DNA of 64,000 bases from positions 216,132,001 to 216,196,000 of the forward strand of contig NC_135880.1 of assembly GCF_964194155.1 (NCBI RefSeq). The letters run 5' to 3'. Below are positions 1 to 12,915 of the stretch, in pieces (the first letter of the stretch is position 1; each line of letters opens with the position of its first letter). Source of the stretch: Cetorhinus maximus. Taxonomy: Eukaryota. The notes beneath the pieces were generated by a model. That model worked only from the letters and a program-made list of their open reading frames with translations. It searched no databases and was not told the origin of the DNA. The position numbers and the translations under genes were made by a program.

Positions 1-1328
1 TTTTCTCTCTCGGTGTTTTCTCTCTCTCGGTGTTTTCTCTCTCGGTGTTTTCTCTCTCTCGGTGTTTTCTCTCTCGGTGTTTTTTCTCTCTCGGTGTTTT
101 CTCTCTCTCGGTGTTTTCTCTCTCTCAGTGTTTTCTCTCTTGGTGTTTTCTCTCTGTCGGTGTTTTCTCTCTCTCGGTGTTTTCTCTGTCAGTGTTTTCT
201 CTCTCTCGGTGTTTTCTCTCTCTCGGTGTTTTTTCTCTCTCGGTGTTTTCTCTCTCTCAGTGTTTTCTCTCTTGGTGTTTTCTCTCTCTCGGTGTTTTCT
301 CTCTCTCGGTGTTTTCTCTGTCAGTGTTTTCTCTCTCTCGGTGTTTTCTCTGTCAGTGTTTTCTCTCTCTCGGTGTTTTCTCTCTCTCGGTGTTTTCTCT
401 CTCTCGGTGTTTTCTCTCTCTCAGTGTTTTCTCTCTTGGTGTTTTCTCTCTCTCGGTGTTTTTTCTCTCTCGGTGTTTTCTCTCTCTCAGTGTTTTCTCT
501 CTCTCAGTGTTTTTTCTCTCTCGGTGTTTTCTCTCTCTCGGTGTTTTCTCTCTCTCAGTGTTTTCTCTCGGTGTTTTTTCTCTCTCGGTGTTTTCTCTCT
601 CTCGGTGTTTTTTCTCTCTCGGTGTTTTCTCTCTCTCAGTGTTTTCTCTCTCTCGGTGTGTTCTCTCTCTCGGTGTTTTCTCTCTCTCGGTGTTTTCTCT
701 CTCTCAGTGTTTTCTCTCTCTCGGTGTTTTTTCTCTCTCGGTGTTTTCTCTCTCTCGGTGTTTTCTCTCTCTCGGTGTTTTCTCTCTCTCGGTGTTTTCT
801 CTCTCGGTGTTTTCTCTCTCTCGGTATTTTGTCTCTCTCGGTGTTTTCTCTCTCTCTGTTTTCTCTCTCTCGGTATTTTCTCTCTCGGTGTTTTCTCTCT
901 CTCGGTGTTTTCTCTCTCTCGGTGTTTTCTCTCTCGGTGTTTTCTCTCTCTCGGTGTTTTCTATCTCTCAGTGTTTTCTCTCTCAGTGTTTTCTCTCTCT
1001 CGGTGTTTTCTCTCTCTGTGTTTTTTCTCTCTCGGTGTTTTCTCTCTCTCAGTGTTTTCTCTCTCTCTGTGTTTTCTCTCTCGGTGTTTTCTCTCTCTCA
1101 GTGTTTTCTCTCTCTCAGTGTTTTCTCTCTCTCGGTGTTTTCTCTCTCTCGGTGTTTTCTCTCTCTCGGTGTTTTCTCTCTCTCGGTGTTTTCTCTCTCT
1201 GTGTTTTTTCTCTCTTGGTGTTTTCTCTCTCCCGGTGTTTTCTCTCTCTCAGTGTTTTCTCTCTCTCAGTGTTTTCTCTCTCTCAATGTTTTCTCTCTCT
1301 CAATGTTTTCTCTCTCGGTGTTTTCTCT
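1..1328. repeat. Minisatellite, ~17-19 bp unit (CT)n-CGGTGTTTT, continues off the left edge
   Basis: Continuous tandem array ggtgttttctctctctc with variable CT count and G/A variants; explains the three long low-complexity ORFs. Confidence 0.97.
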
Positions 1329-1757
1329 AGAGGGAGTGAAATGTGTCACCAAGCCAGGTGAAGTTTAGAAAGAGTATGTTTAATTTTCTCAACGATTACT
1401 GGTAAAACTTAGAGCTATGAGAGATTTTTATTATCAGAAAGATAAAGTCCAAGGACATAGGGCAGGACTTTGCCCTTTGTGGGGGTGCTTGACGGAGGTT
1501 GTCAGAAAGCCGACCGCTGCCCACGATCGTCTCCGCATCACAATTTTACGCAGGCAGGCCAATTAAGACACACCCAGCATGGAACGTGAGCACTGAGCGC
1601 TGCCTTTGCGGGCGGGGGGAGGAAGGCGAGCGGGCCTAGTGCGCAATTCGCGCATGTGTGTGAAAGAGCGCTTCAATCTCCCTGAGGCACAGAGCTGCCT
1701 CAGGGAGATGAAGCGCTGTTTTAAAAAAATAAAATAAATAAACATGTCATAAAACAT

Positions 1758-3287
1758 TTATTAATTTTGCTTCCAATTTCCACCCCTCCATCATTTTCAC
1801 ATGGGCCATCTCTGATACTTCCCTTCCCTTTCTTGACCTCTCTGTCTCAATTTATGGTGATAGACTGTCCACCAATATTCATTACAAGCTTACCGACTCC
1901 CACAGCTACCTCGACTACAGCTCCTCACACCCCGCTTCCTGTAAGGACTCCATCCCATTCTCTCAGTTCCTTCGCCTCTGTCGCATCTGTTCTGATGATG
2001 CCACTTTCAAAAACAGTTCCTCTGACATGTCTTCCTTCTTCTTTAACTGAGGTTTTCCACCCACAATGGTTAACAGGGCCCTCAACCATGTCCAGCCCAT
2101 CTCCCGCGCATCCTCACACCTTCCTCTCCCTCCCAGAACCATGATAGGGTTCCCCTTGTCCTCACTTATCATCCCGCCAGCCTCCGCATTCAAAGGATCA
2201 TCCTCCGCCATTTCCGCCAACTCCAGCATGATGCCACCACCAAACACATCTTCCCTTCACTCCCCCTGGTGGCATTCCACAGGGATCGTTCCCTCTGGGA
2301 CACCCTGGTCCACTCCTCCATCACCCCCTACACATCAACCCTCTCCCACGGCACCTTCCCATGCAACCGCAGAAGTTGCAACACCTGCCCCTTTACTTCC
2401 CCCCTCCTCACCGTCCTAGGGCCCAAACACTCCTTTCAAGTGAAGCAGCATTTCACTTGCACTTCCCTCAATTTAGTCTACTGCATTCACTGCTCCCAAT
2501 GCGGTTTCCTCTATGTTGGAGAGACCAAACGCAGACTGGGTGACCGCTTTGTGGAACACCTTCGGTCTGTCTGCAAGCATGACCCAGACCTCCCTGTCGT
2601 TTGCCATTTCAACACTCCACCCTGATCTCATGCCCACATGTCTGTCCTTGGCCTGCTGCAATGTTCCAGTGAAGCTCAACGCAAACTGGAGGAACAGCAC
2701 CTCATCTTCCGACTAGGCTTTACAGCCTTCCGGACTTAATATTGAGTTCAATAACTTTAGATCATGAACTCTCTCCTCCGTCCCCACCCCCTTTCCAATC
2801 CCCCTTTTTCCAATAATTTATATAGATTTTTCTTTTCCCATCTATTTCCATTATTTTTAAATGTATTTCCATCCATTGTTTTATCTCTACCTTTTAGCCT
2901 ATTTCGAACACTCCCCCCCACCCCACCCCCACTAGGGCTATCTGTACCTTGCTCGTCCTGCTTTCTACCCTTAATGTCACCAATAACACATTTCTTAGCT
3001 ATTATCACCACCGTCAACACCTCTTATCCTGTTGTCTATGACATCTTTGGCAATCTCCATCTATCACTGGCCCTCTATCCAGCTCTACCTGTCCCACCAC
3101 CCCCCCCTCCTCACTTCAACCAGCTTATATTTCACCTCTTTTCTATTTTTCCTTAGTTCTAATGAAGAGTCATACGGACTCGAAACATTAACTGTGTTCC
3201 TCTCCACAGATGCTGCCAGACCTGCTGAGTTTTTCTAGCTATTATTGTTTTGTTTCGGATTTCCAGCATCTGCAGTTTTTTGCTTTT
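1758..3287 (+). mobile_element. 5'-truncated Penelope-like element (RT C-terminus, Cys linker, GIY-YIG endonuclease, 3' pLTR)
   Basis: ORF pieces NLVYCIHCSQCGFLYVGETKRRLGDRFVEHLRSV and CNRRSCNTCPF; 14-bp TSD atgtcataaaacat at 1744-1757 and 3288-3301. Confidence 0.93.
3154..3194 (+). ncRNA. Degenerate minimal hammerhead ribozyme motif in PLE terminus
   Basis: tagtt-CTAATGA-a-gagtc-atacg-gactc-GAAA-catt-aactg; core G>A and ACGT>ACAT changes. Confidence 0.6.
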
Positions 3288-4170
3288 ATGTCATAAAACA
3301 TGTTCCCTCATGTGACAGGGACATGTTTTTAATTAGTGCTAAATTTTTATTTAATGTTTATTTGCTTTAGGGAAGCTTATCCCGCCCGTGGATGAGGTTT
3401 CCTAAAAAATGTAAAGGCCACTCGGCTCTTTTGCCTGCCCGTCACGGGTAGTGAAAAATTCAGTGCAATTGTTAACTTAATGGCCTTAATAGGCCTTTTA
3501 ATTGTTGCCGGGCGCACTTCTGGCTCCAGTGCGCACCCGCCAACCTAACTATCACAAGAGTGTGCGTTAACGTCAGCACGCTCAGCCAACGTCAACGCAC
3601 TTTATTTCATGCTCCAGCAGCCCATGCCCACATGCCAAGCATAATTTTCTGCCTATAGTGAAACAACGGGAATTTGTACTCAAAGGAGAAAATGTGTATA
3701 AAGGAGCATAGGCTGTGTGTAAGGGTAGGCAGTCTAAGATTCAACAAGTGTGAAATGCCTTCAGCATCTATCCCTCAAATTGCTGACTTCAGGGACTGAA
3801 GTTAAGAGAACTCACTTTGCATTCAATTGTTCAGGGTATCGTTTACTTTGCCTGGGTCTTTTAAAATCTATGTGTTTTACTGATGCCTTAACGAAAGTGT
3901 AATTGGGAATCAGATTAACTAGGGGATTTAAAAATTATTGTAGCAGTAATTTGTAGACATATGTATGTGCTTACAATCTTTTCTTTTATTAATAAATGTT
4001 TAATTTAGTTTTATAAAAATCTCTTAAGACTTGGTGGCCTTATTACTGAATTCAAAGCCCACATCTCGAAACATACAAATTGAAAATAATTGTGACAGCT
4101 GTTTCAAGTTTCCCTCTGGGATTTGAACAGCTCAAACAGCTCAACATTTACCATCTGCTGTGTCATAACA

Positions 4171-5900
4171 GCTGGACAATTAAATAACTGGAAGAGAAGG
4201 CTCCATAAACATCCCCACCCTCAACAATGGAGATGTCCAGCACAGTGCAAAGGACAAGGTGAGGCGTTAGCAGCCGCCTTTAGCCTGAAGAGACAAATTG
4301 ATGATCCATCTCGGCCTCCTACTGAGGCCCCAATATCGTAGATGTCAGTCTTCAGAGGATTCAGTTCTCTCCATGTGATATCAAGAAATGACTGAATACA
4401 CTGGATGTAGCAAAAGCTATTGGCCCTGACAACATCCCAGCTGCAGTAATGAAGATTTGAACTAATCGCACCCATAGCAAAGTTCCAGTACAGATACAAC
4501 ACTGCAACACTGGCATCTACCGGACAATGTGGAAAATTGCCCAGGGCAATCCTGCCCATAAAAAGCAGAATAAATCCAATCCAGCTCCATCAGTATACTT
4601 TCAATCATCAGCAAAGTTACAGAAGATGTTGACAGCGCAATCAAGCAGCACTTACTCAGTGACAACTTGCTCCCTGATGCTGAGGTTGAATTTCACCAGC
4701 TCCACTTGTGTCCAGATCTCATTATAGCCTCGGTCTAAACAAGGATTAGAAAAATGAACTCCCGAGATGACGTGAGAGTGACAGCCGTTGACATGAAGGC
4801 CGCATTTAACCGAGTGTGACATCAAGGAGCCCTAGCAAGATTGAAATCAATGGGAATCAGGGCAAAACTCTCCACTGGTTGGAGTCATACCTAGCACAAG
4901 GGAAGATGGTTGTGGTTGTTGGAGGCCAATCATCATAGTCCCTGGATATCATTGCAGGAGTTCCCCTGGCTAGTGTCCTAGGCCCAATCATCTTCAGTTG
5001 CTTCATCAAAGACATTCACTCCAACATAAAGTCAGAAGTGGGGATGTTCGCTGATGATTGAACAGTGTTCAGTAACGTTCACATCTGCGCTGATGCTGAA
5101 ACAGTGCATGCCCACATGCAACGTGACCTGGACAACATTCAGGTTTGGGCTGTTAGAAGGCAAGTACTATTCTTGCCACACAAGTGCCAAGCAATGACCA
5201 TCTCCAGCAAAAAAGGAATTTAACCATCTCTCCTTGATGCTGAAGTTGCACAAGTGCTGAATTCCCTACTATCAACATCCTGGGGTTACCATTCACCAGA
5301 ACCTTAACTGTACCATCCAAATATTGTTGCTACAAAACCAGTTCAGAGACTGGGAATTCTGCGGTGAATAACCTACCTCCTGACTCCCCAAAACCTGTCC
5401 ACCACCTGCAAGGCACAAGTCAGGAGTGTGATGAAATACTCTCCACTCGTTTGGACAAGTGTAGCTCCAACACCACATTAAAGCTGGAAACCATCCAAGA
5501 AAAAGCAGTTCACTTGATTGACACTCCACCCACCAACTTAAACATTAATTCCCTCTGCCACTGACAACAGTGTGTACCATCTACAAGAAGCGTTGCCAAG
5601 TCTCCTTCAACAGCACATTCCAAACCTGTGACCTCTACTAGCAAGAAGAACAAAGACATATGGGAACACCGCCACCTTTAAGCCCCCCTCCAAGTCACCC
5701 ACCATCCTGACTTGGAACTATATCACCGTTCCTTCACTATTGCTAGGTCAAAATCCTGGAACTCACTAACAGCACTGTGGGTGTACCTGCAGCAGTTCAA
5801 GAAGACAACTCACCACCACCTTCTCAAAGGCAGCTAGGGATGGGCAATAAATGCTGGCCCAGCCAGCGAAGCCCACATCCCAAGAACAAACAATAAGAAA
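4171..5900 (+). mobile_element. Decayed CR1-group LINE (RT region to 3' tail); tail shared with the tRNA-SINEs
   Basis: RT-like remnants (gacatgaaggccgcattt ~ DxKAAF; ggagttccc...agtgtcctaggccca ~ GVP..SVLGP; ttcgctgatgat = FADD); 3' end gggcaataaatgctggcccagccagcgaagcccacatccc. Confidence 0.85.
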
Positions 5901-8900
5901 AATTGTATGTCTCCCTGCCCATGTTGACATACATTGGCTCCTGGTCCTCCTTCAATTTCTTCTATTAAAACTTTTATCTGTGCATGTAATTTTTCCAGGT
6001 TTTTCTAAGTAAAATTCAATTTGCACCAAAATAAGAAATCAAATTTCTCCTCCGGCTGTCTCAGTACAGTCCCTGTATCTCTTTATTAAAGAGGCGCATT
6101 GCCTTTTCCTGTCTTGCCATGCAACATTCCTTGCAAACAGTGGTTTATGCTTGTGTTTCTCTGTTACTGGCAACTAAGAGGCATATGCGTGCACTCCTGT
6201 GTTACCAGCTGCCCCTCTTTAGGGCAAAATGGCAATATGAAGCCTCTACTGTGCATCTCCCCTGCTGTAATGGGCAGGAAATACAAAATGAATAGGCAAC
6301 TGAATGCACAGAATTGCAGACATACTCCATCATCACATCACCTCATTCAGTGCTTACTTAGCAAATGTAGCAAACATCTGACCCCAAAATGTTATTGCAA
6401 TAAAAAATCTGAATCCAGGATTGGCACGACATGTGAGAATGATCCAGAATTTGCAGCACCATTGATTTGGAGTTTTAATTCTGCTATTTGCTTCTTTTTA
6501 ATAATTAATCCACATTGCATTCCTTAGCAATCATTTTCAGGCTTTCAAAGGTCAATTTGCCTGAAAGCATTCAGTGAAAATAACAGAGCTGGCAGTAGTA
6601 CTCATTGCTCATTTAAAAATTGTTTTAAAGCATAAGTCAAAATGAATAGCTTGAATATGCTTATTTGATATAATAAGTGTAGATCTTAAAAATATTTGCC
6701 GACAGCTTAGCTCTTTATCATTGCATTCACACTACAACGATAGCATTGTTGCAAAACAATATTGCTTCCTAATGGACCTTCGTTATTGTGTATATACAGC
6801 ATAAATTCAGAGCCTGGGTCCTACCTGACAACAGAGTAATTCATATCTCACAAGTTCATCATTAGTCTAAGTCCCTTTGTACCAACACTGCAATTGTAGG
6901 AGTAGCTTAGAAATATCTCAGGGTAAGCTCGTTTGTTTGCCACAGAAAAGCAGCCTGGTGTTTGAAAAAAGGATATAATTTGGCGTTGAATGATGTGGCA
7001 TTCGTCTTTCTGACAGTTCAGCTGGGTACTGTGCATTTGCACTGTATATAACTAACTCCCATTCAATAACTATAGTCTTAGATAAATAAAATGTATATTT
7101 TCTCTTAATCAGAAACCAAGATTTGTCTTTTGTCTTTTAAAAGCCACTTATAAACGTACTTTTTATCAGAATACATTGAAGCAGCTAGGTGCAATATATT
7201 GGTGTAATAAATACCGCACCTTGGTGTGGTGCTATGCAAGTCTATCCTAGTCAATTTTCCCGTAGACCAGTTTTATTCTTCACCAGCCTGTCAGCTGTTG
7301 GAGGAAATATTTAATGAAGCTTTGTTCCTATGCAGAATGAAGAAAGAATATCAAAGTATCAGTGTATTTCTTAATAGCTGTTGGAAAGCAGCATTGGCAG
7401 AGGTGTGGAAGTGGGTTACCTAACTTTTGGCTGGGAAGTCGGAGGTGGAAAACATGGATCTATCAGAAGGCAAGAAAAACAACTTAGTAAGATTGGGTTG
7501 GCTTTGGAAGTGGATTGTAATGCACTGTTCAGTACAGACATGTGTCCACACTTGTGATTCCCATACCATGAATTGCACGATTTTATGAGTTTGGTAGTTA
7601 TCACGTTTGGGGAAATTTTCTCTTGCATTTACCATTTTAAAACAGCCTCTGTAAGCAAGAAAACTCACATAGGTATCACTGTTAAATATGCTATGAATAT
7701 TGTTTTGTACAGTTTCTCGTAATGTTCAAAACATGGAAGTGAGGCATTTTGTAAAAAGAAAATCAAACCACATTTTCAACATGGTCGGTCCATGCATGCA
7801 TCAACCACAACCAAAATGGCAGCAAACTAACCTGTCATTGATCCCCACCTGATCCCACTTGATCCCGCAGGTAGAAAATATATAAGAGCGTTAAGTCACT
7901 TTTCAGTTTTTGCCTTCACTAAGGGGAAGCTCAAAATGTAACGTGGCAACATAATTGAAACCCCAGCTCATGATGGATACTGGGCATCGACCCATGTCTC
8001 ATCACTCTGTGGTACCATCCATTGGAGCTCCAAAATACTGATCACCCTTTTGTATTGTCTAGATCTTTCCTGATAGGTACCGCATTTACCTTCTCATAAC
8101 TTGTATGCGGGAGTTAACCTTAATTTTTTTGGATTTTTTTAAAGCTAATATGATGTCCTTATTGAAGACAATTCATCATTTTTGCTATTTTGCCTGCCTC
8201 AATTCTTACTGCAGATTATCACTCTTTAGCTTACGGGAATTGAAACATTCATTTTCCAATGAATTTATAAAATGCTGGAAGGCATTTACTTAATTTACTT
8301 CACCCTGCATGGATTTATCTACCCTGTTCGGAACCAGTACAGTGAAGTCACTTCCAGTCCAGGCTTTTTCTGTGTATCTCAAATATTGGCAGATTATAAA
8401 AAGGCGCGTTGTTAAAAAGAATTTCATTTCGCACATTAGTCATTTTGGAATAGCTGACAAATGGCTGGGGTTGGAATGCTGATATTCAGCATTTATGCCA
8501 GAGAAAGATTAAATGAAGAAGCCTATGTCAGTTGATAACATCATCAGTAGATTCAGATAAATCTGTTTTCTGTGAGAACTGAGTCTATAAACAACGGACT
8601 GACATTGTGCATTAGTATCAAACCACTGTTAATCACAACAGCCTATTTTTTCAGGGTGGATGACGAGGTTTATGTCCAAATACACAGCCAAGGTCAGGAA
8701 ACTTCAAGCACACTAATAGAATGTCATTATTTCCATTTTTATCTCGTTTCTGCTCCATTCTGTTGTATCCCAGCCAAAAGAAACAAGCAAGTGTGTCATG
8801 GCATTTATATTTGTAATTTTTAGAAATGTAAAAAACGTTACACATCTAACAGTAGAATACAGTAAGAAATGCCTTGAAATACTGTGTACAATGCAAAAAT

Positions 8901-9853
8901 TCCTCAAGGCACATCAGAATAGAACTTACACATTTTTTGCAAAAAGAACTAGCATTAGATATAATGTCATGTAAAATCCCTGCATTGATTTGAAGGAAAT
9001 TACATTTAGAACAAAGTTTCTTTCATGACTATGGCCACTGGGCTGTGTTCCAAGTGTTTGCTGACACTGACTTGTTAAAATATTTTTTCAGGTTCCAACT
9101 GGGTTTTTGGGAGCAGGTGAGAAACAAATACCACCATAGCCACAGAAATTAGGGCAAGCCGTTAATGGTTCAATTGTTCATTGTTCATTCATTTGCTATT
9201 CCAGCAGAAGAGGTCTTACACCGTATGAGGAAAATTATATGAAATGATAATAGAAATAAGCACAAAACAGAACCAGAGAGTTGTAATGGTGTATCCATAA
9301 ACATTCCTTGCCACCATGGTATCACCGTTACTATGCTGTTTGCATTAATATGTTTTAATGTCTCTGACGTACATCATATCTGCGATTTCCTCCCCTTCTG
9401 TTACTCCTTGCAGTTGTCCAATTTTACTGATGCTGTGGTTAGTACAGTGTTCCATTGCTGTCATCATGTCTCTCTTATTGTGTTGTTAGGCAACCTACAG
9501 TTAGCTTTTGCATAAATATAATTGTATTTCTACTTGTCCCTGTTAGTCCCATATCATACTTAGTACATAGCAATAATTTTTTCAACTTGTTGATAACAGG
9601 CTGCATCAGTTGACAATCACAGAAAAACAGCTGAGCTGCTGAATTGAAGACATTTCTGCACATGGCAGCAGATCTTGGTTAAACCCTCCTTAGATCTAAA
9701 CAGGTGACAGGAACAGGAAGTGTGTGATGTTCTTGCGACCTGTTAGAAATAGAAGCTCTAAGATAAAAGCAAAAAACTGCGGATGCTGAAAATCCAAAAC
9801 AGAAACAAAAATACCTGGAAAAACTCAGCAGGTCTGACAGTCTGACAGGAACG

Positions 9854-9894
9854 CAGTTAACGTTTCGAGTCCATATAACTCTTCAACAGAACTA
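9854..9894 (-). ncRNA. Minimal hammerhead motif, CUGUUGA variant
   Basis: Reverse complement reads tagtt-CTGTTGA-a-gagtt-atatg-gactc-GAAA-cgtt-aactg. Confidence 0.65.
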
Positions 9895-9914
9895 AGGAAA
9901 AATAGATTTTTCCT

Positions 9915-9955
9915 TAGTTCTGTTGAAGAGTCATACTGACTTGAAACGTTAACTG
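9915..9955 (+). ncRNA. Minimal hammerhead motif, CUGUUGA variant
   Basis: tagtt-CTGTTGA-a-gagtc-atact-gactt-GAAA-cgtt-aactg. Confidence 0.65.
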
Positions 9956-10064
9956 TGTTCCTCTCTGCAGATGCTGTCAGATCTGCTGAGCTTTTCCAGG
10001 TATTTTTGTTTCTGTTTCAGAAATAGAAGCTCGGCAGAAGCAGCCACACGCAGATAGACAGTAG

Positions 10065-11182
10065 ATAAAAACCCCACCAGCCTCCGCATTCAAAGGATCA
10101 TCCTCCGCCATTTCCGCCAACTCCAGCATGATGCCACCACCAAACACATCTTCCCTTCACCCCCCCCCCCCCCCCCCCCCCACCACCCCCCAGCGGCATT
10201 CCGTAGGGATCGTTCCCTCCATGACACCCTGGTCCACTCCTCCATCACCCCCTACACCTCAACCCCCACCTACGGCACCTCCCCATGCATACGCAAAATA
10301 TGCAACACCTGCCCCTTCACTTCCTCTCTCCTCACCGTCCAAGGGCCCAAACACTCCTTTCAAGTGAAGCAGCATTTCACTTGCATTTCCCCCAACTTAG
10401 TCTACTGCATTCATTGCTCCCAATACGGTCTCCTCTACATTGGAGAGACCAAAGGCAGACTGGGCAACCGCCTTGCAGAACACCTTCGGTCCGTCCGCAA
10501 GCATTACCCAGACCTCCCTGTCGCTTGCCATTTTAACACTCCACCCTGCTCTCTTGCCCACATGTCTGTCCTTGGTTCGCTGCATTGTTCCAGTGAAGCT
10601 CAACGCAAACTGGAGGAACAGCACCTCATCTTCCGACTAGGCACTTTACAGCCTTCCGGACTGAATATTGAGTTCAACAACTTTAGATCTTGAACTCCCT
10701 CCTCCATCCCCACCCCCTTTCCATTTCTTCCCCCTCCCTTTTGTTTTTTCCAATAATTTATATAGATTTTTCTTTTCCCACCTATTTCCATTATTTTTAA
10801 ATCTATACCTTTTATGCCCTTTTAGTCTTATTTCACCCCACCCCCACTAGAGCTATCTGTACCTTGCATATCCTGCTATCCATTCTTAATTAGCACATTC
10901 TTTTAGATAATCTCACCACCTTCAACACCTCTTTGTTCTTTTGTCTGTGACATCTTTTGGTTATCTGCTCCTATCACTGCTTGCTTGTCCCTACAACCAC
11001 CCCCCCACCCCCCCCCAACTTCTCCCCCCACCTCCCCACCATAAACCAGCTTATATTTCACCCCTCTCCTATTTTTACTTAGTTCTATTGAAGGGTCATG
11101 AAGACTCGAAACATCAACTTTGTTCTTCTCCGCCGATGCTGCCAGACCTGCTAAGTTTATCCAGGTATTTCTGTTTTTGTTT
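10065..11182 (+). mobile_element. 5'-truncated PLE (GIY-YIG domain and 3' pLTR), second subfamily
   Basis: ORF 10364-10693 NLVYCIHCSQYGLLYIGETK...LEEQHLIFRLGTLQPSGLNIEF; TSD caga(t/c)agacagtag at 10051-10064 and 11183-11196; decayed hammerhead motif at 11080-11120. Confidence 0.92.
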
Positions 11183-12331
11183 CAGACAGACAGTAGCCTA
11201 ATTGCAACTCCCTATAACTCTCATGAAGGAAAGCACTGCCTCCTTGGCCTGTGGAGCTATAATGAAAGCTGACTTCAGAGTGAGACAAGTTTAAATGGTT
11301 TCTAGATGTAAAGGAGCATCATCCTCATGACAAATCTTATTTGTCTGTTTACAGATATGTTAAAAGATACTCTTCTGGCACTTCTTCCACCTTAGATCAA
11401 AAAGAAATTTGTTGCACACTTTTTAACACAGGTTATTATCCTTTATAGGGGATGCAATTGAGAAACCTTCACTTTGAACTTATTCCATGATGGTGCTCAG
11501 CTTACCCGTCATTTTCTGTGGAATTTTACAGGAATTGTAAAACCCAGTGTTTCCTTTGTGTTGCTAGCTCTTGGTTCTTCTTATCTGATCTTTCACTTAA
11601 CTATTTTGTTTGTTTGACTAAGTTCTTGATACTTTTGTCAATTTATAATGAATCTGTCAAGGAATAGGAGGAATACTTGGGTATCATTTTCAAAATGCAA
11701 TCAACATAATTGTACACTTAGCCCAACAGTGACACCTCCCAGAAGATTGATGCAGTCCCCATACCCATAGGAAACCACATGCTATAAATTTAATAAGGAT
11801 GCCATAAAGCTGTGGCAATAACTGTCCGTCTAAACATTATATTATGTGGCCAAACTATAACCTACTATAATACAAACTTGTACTTTGACTCTCTTTATCA
11901 GTGTATTCAACCCGTGAACATTAAAAAAGCAAAGCTGTTCATTTATATGCAATACAGGTAAAGCAGTTTGAATCAATGATGCAAAAAAGTGCAATTGGCT
12001 CTTCAAATTTCTCATTTGATTGACAGTGTGGCCTCCTGAATTTTCCATTCTGATGGGACATCCAGCTGTCACAGTGAGGTTTTAATTAGAAATGATTAAG
12101 TCGTTGTTGAACCAGGGCAGATAAAGTTGAAAACAACAATTGGACAGTGCGGACCTCACATCTACTCCATTGCTAATGCTAGGGAACAAAGGAGATTGCT
12201 TTCTTCTGTTCCTTTGAAAACTTGTTTTCCTTCCAACAATGCTTTACTGTCTATAAAAAAATGGTCGTCTAGCAGGTTTTTTTTTACCTCCAGACTTCCA
12301 TTTCCTCATCTCTTGCAAGGGAGGTGCTTTA

Positions 12332-12915
12332 CATAAGAACATCATAAATATGAGCAGGAGGAGGCCGTTCAGCCTTTCAAAACTGCTCCAACATTCAGTA
12401 CAATCATGGCTGATCTTTTCTCCACCTTCCCAATTATCCCCCTATCGCTTAATATCCAAAAATCTATCGATTTATGCCTGGAATATACTCAATGACTGAG
12501 CATCGACAGCTCGCAAGGGCTAGAGATTTCCAAAGATTCACCATCCCGAGTGAAGAAATCTCTTCTCAGCTCAGTCCTAAATTTTGATACTGTGAGACCT
12601 TGTTCTGGATTCACAAGTAAGGGGAAACATCCTCCCAAGATCTGTCCTATAAAAACCCTTAAAAATGTTATATGTTTCAGTGAAACCACCTCTCAATCTT
12701 ATAGATTTATAGTCCTACTCTATTTAATCTCTCTTTCAAGGATAATCCCCTCATCCTGGGAATCAGTCTCGTGAACGTTTGTTGCAGTCCCCCAAGGCAA
12801 GTATATCCTTCCTTAGGTAAAGAGACCAAATTTGTACACAGTACTTACCAAGGCCCTATACAACGGCAGGAAGACTTCTTCACTCTTATACTCTAACCCC
12901 TATGTAATAATGGCT
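12332..12915 (-). mobile_element. CR1 LINE 3' fragment
   Basis: Minus-strand FRTELRRDFFT motif typical of the CR1 ORF2 C-terminus; (cataagaa)-type tail at the left end. Confidence 0.8.

Larger units (their letters stand above)
1460..3654. mobile_element. Non-autonomous DNA transposon (MITE-like, PIF/Harbinger-type termini) containing a nested PLE
   Basis: Imperfect TIRs gggcaggacttt / aattttctgcct; 3-bp flanking duplication ATA (1457-1459, 3655-3657); GC-rich internal sequence resumes after the PLE TSD. Confidence 0.55.
1329..4170 (+). mobile_element. 3' part of an LTR-retrotransposon LTR, interrupted by the MITE-like element at 1460-3654
   Basis: Ends ...ccatctgctgtgtcataaCA at 4170; AATAAA at 3991; 4085-4170 resembles the reverse complement of the end of the solo LTR at 59769-60723. 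Confidence 0.6.
9759..10018. mobile_element. Short palindromic non-autonomous PLE derivative (two inverted pLTR ends, each with a hammerhead motif)
   Basis: Inverted arms centred near 9905; 14-bp TSD agaaatagaagctc at 9745-9758 and 10019-10032. Confidence 0.9.

Noticed and set aside
1-1328. CRISPR-like or telomeric array
   Set aside because: No unique spacers, not TTAGGG, and the context is vertebrate
13-1368. Three 420-450 aa ORFs in all + frames
   Set aside because: Artefact of a stop-free tandem repeat; low-complexity F/S/L/C/V translation and no ATG start
2623-2625. In-frame TGA at a Cys codon of the PLE endonuclease (possible selenocysteine, as in Naiad PLEs)
   Set aside because: The other copies in the window have TGC here and this copy has further lesions; a simple point mutation
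6099-9663. Several 60-140 aa ORFs in AT-rich sequence
   Set aside because: No motifs, no coherent splice pattern, and composition typical of non-coding DNA
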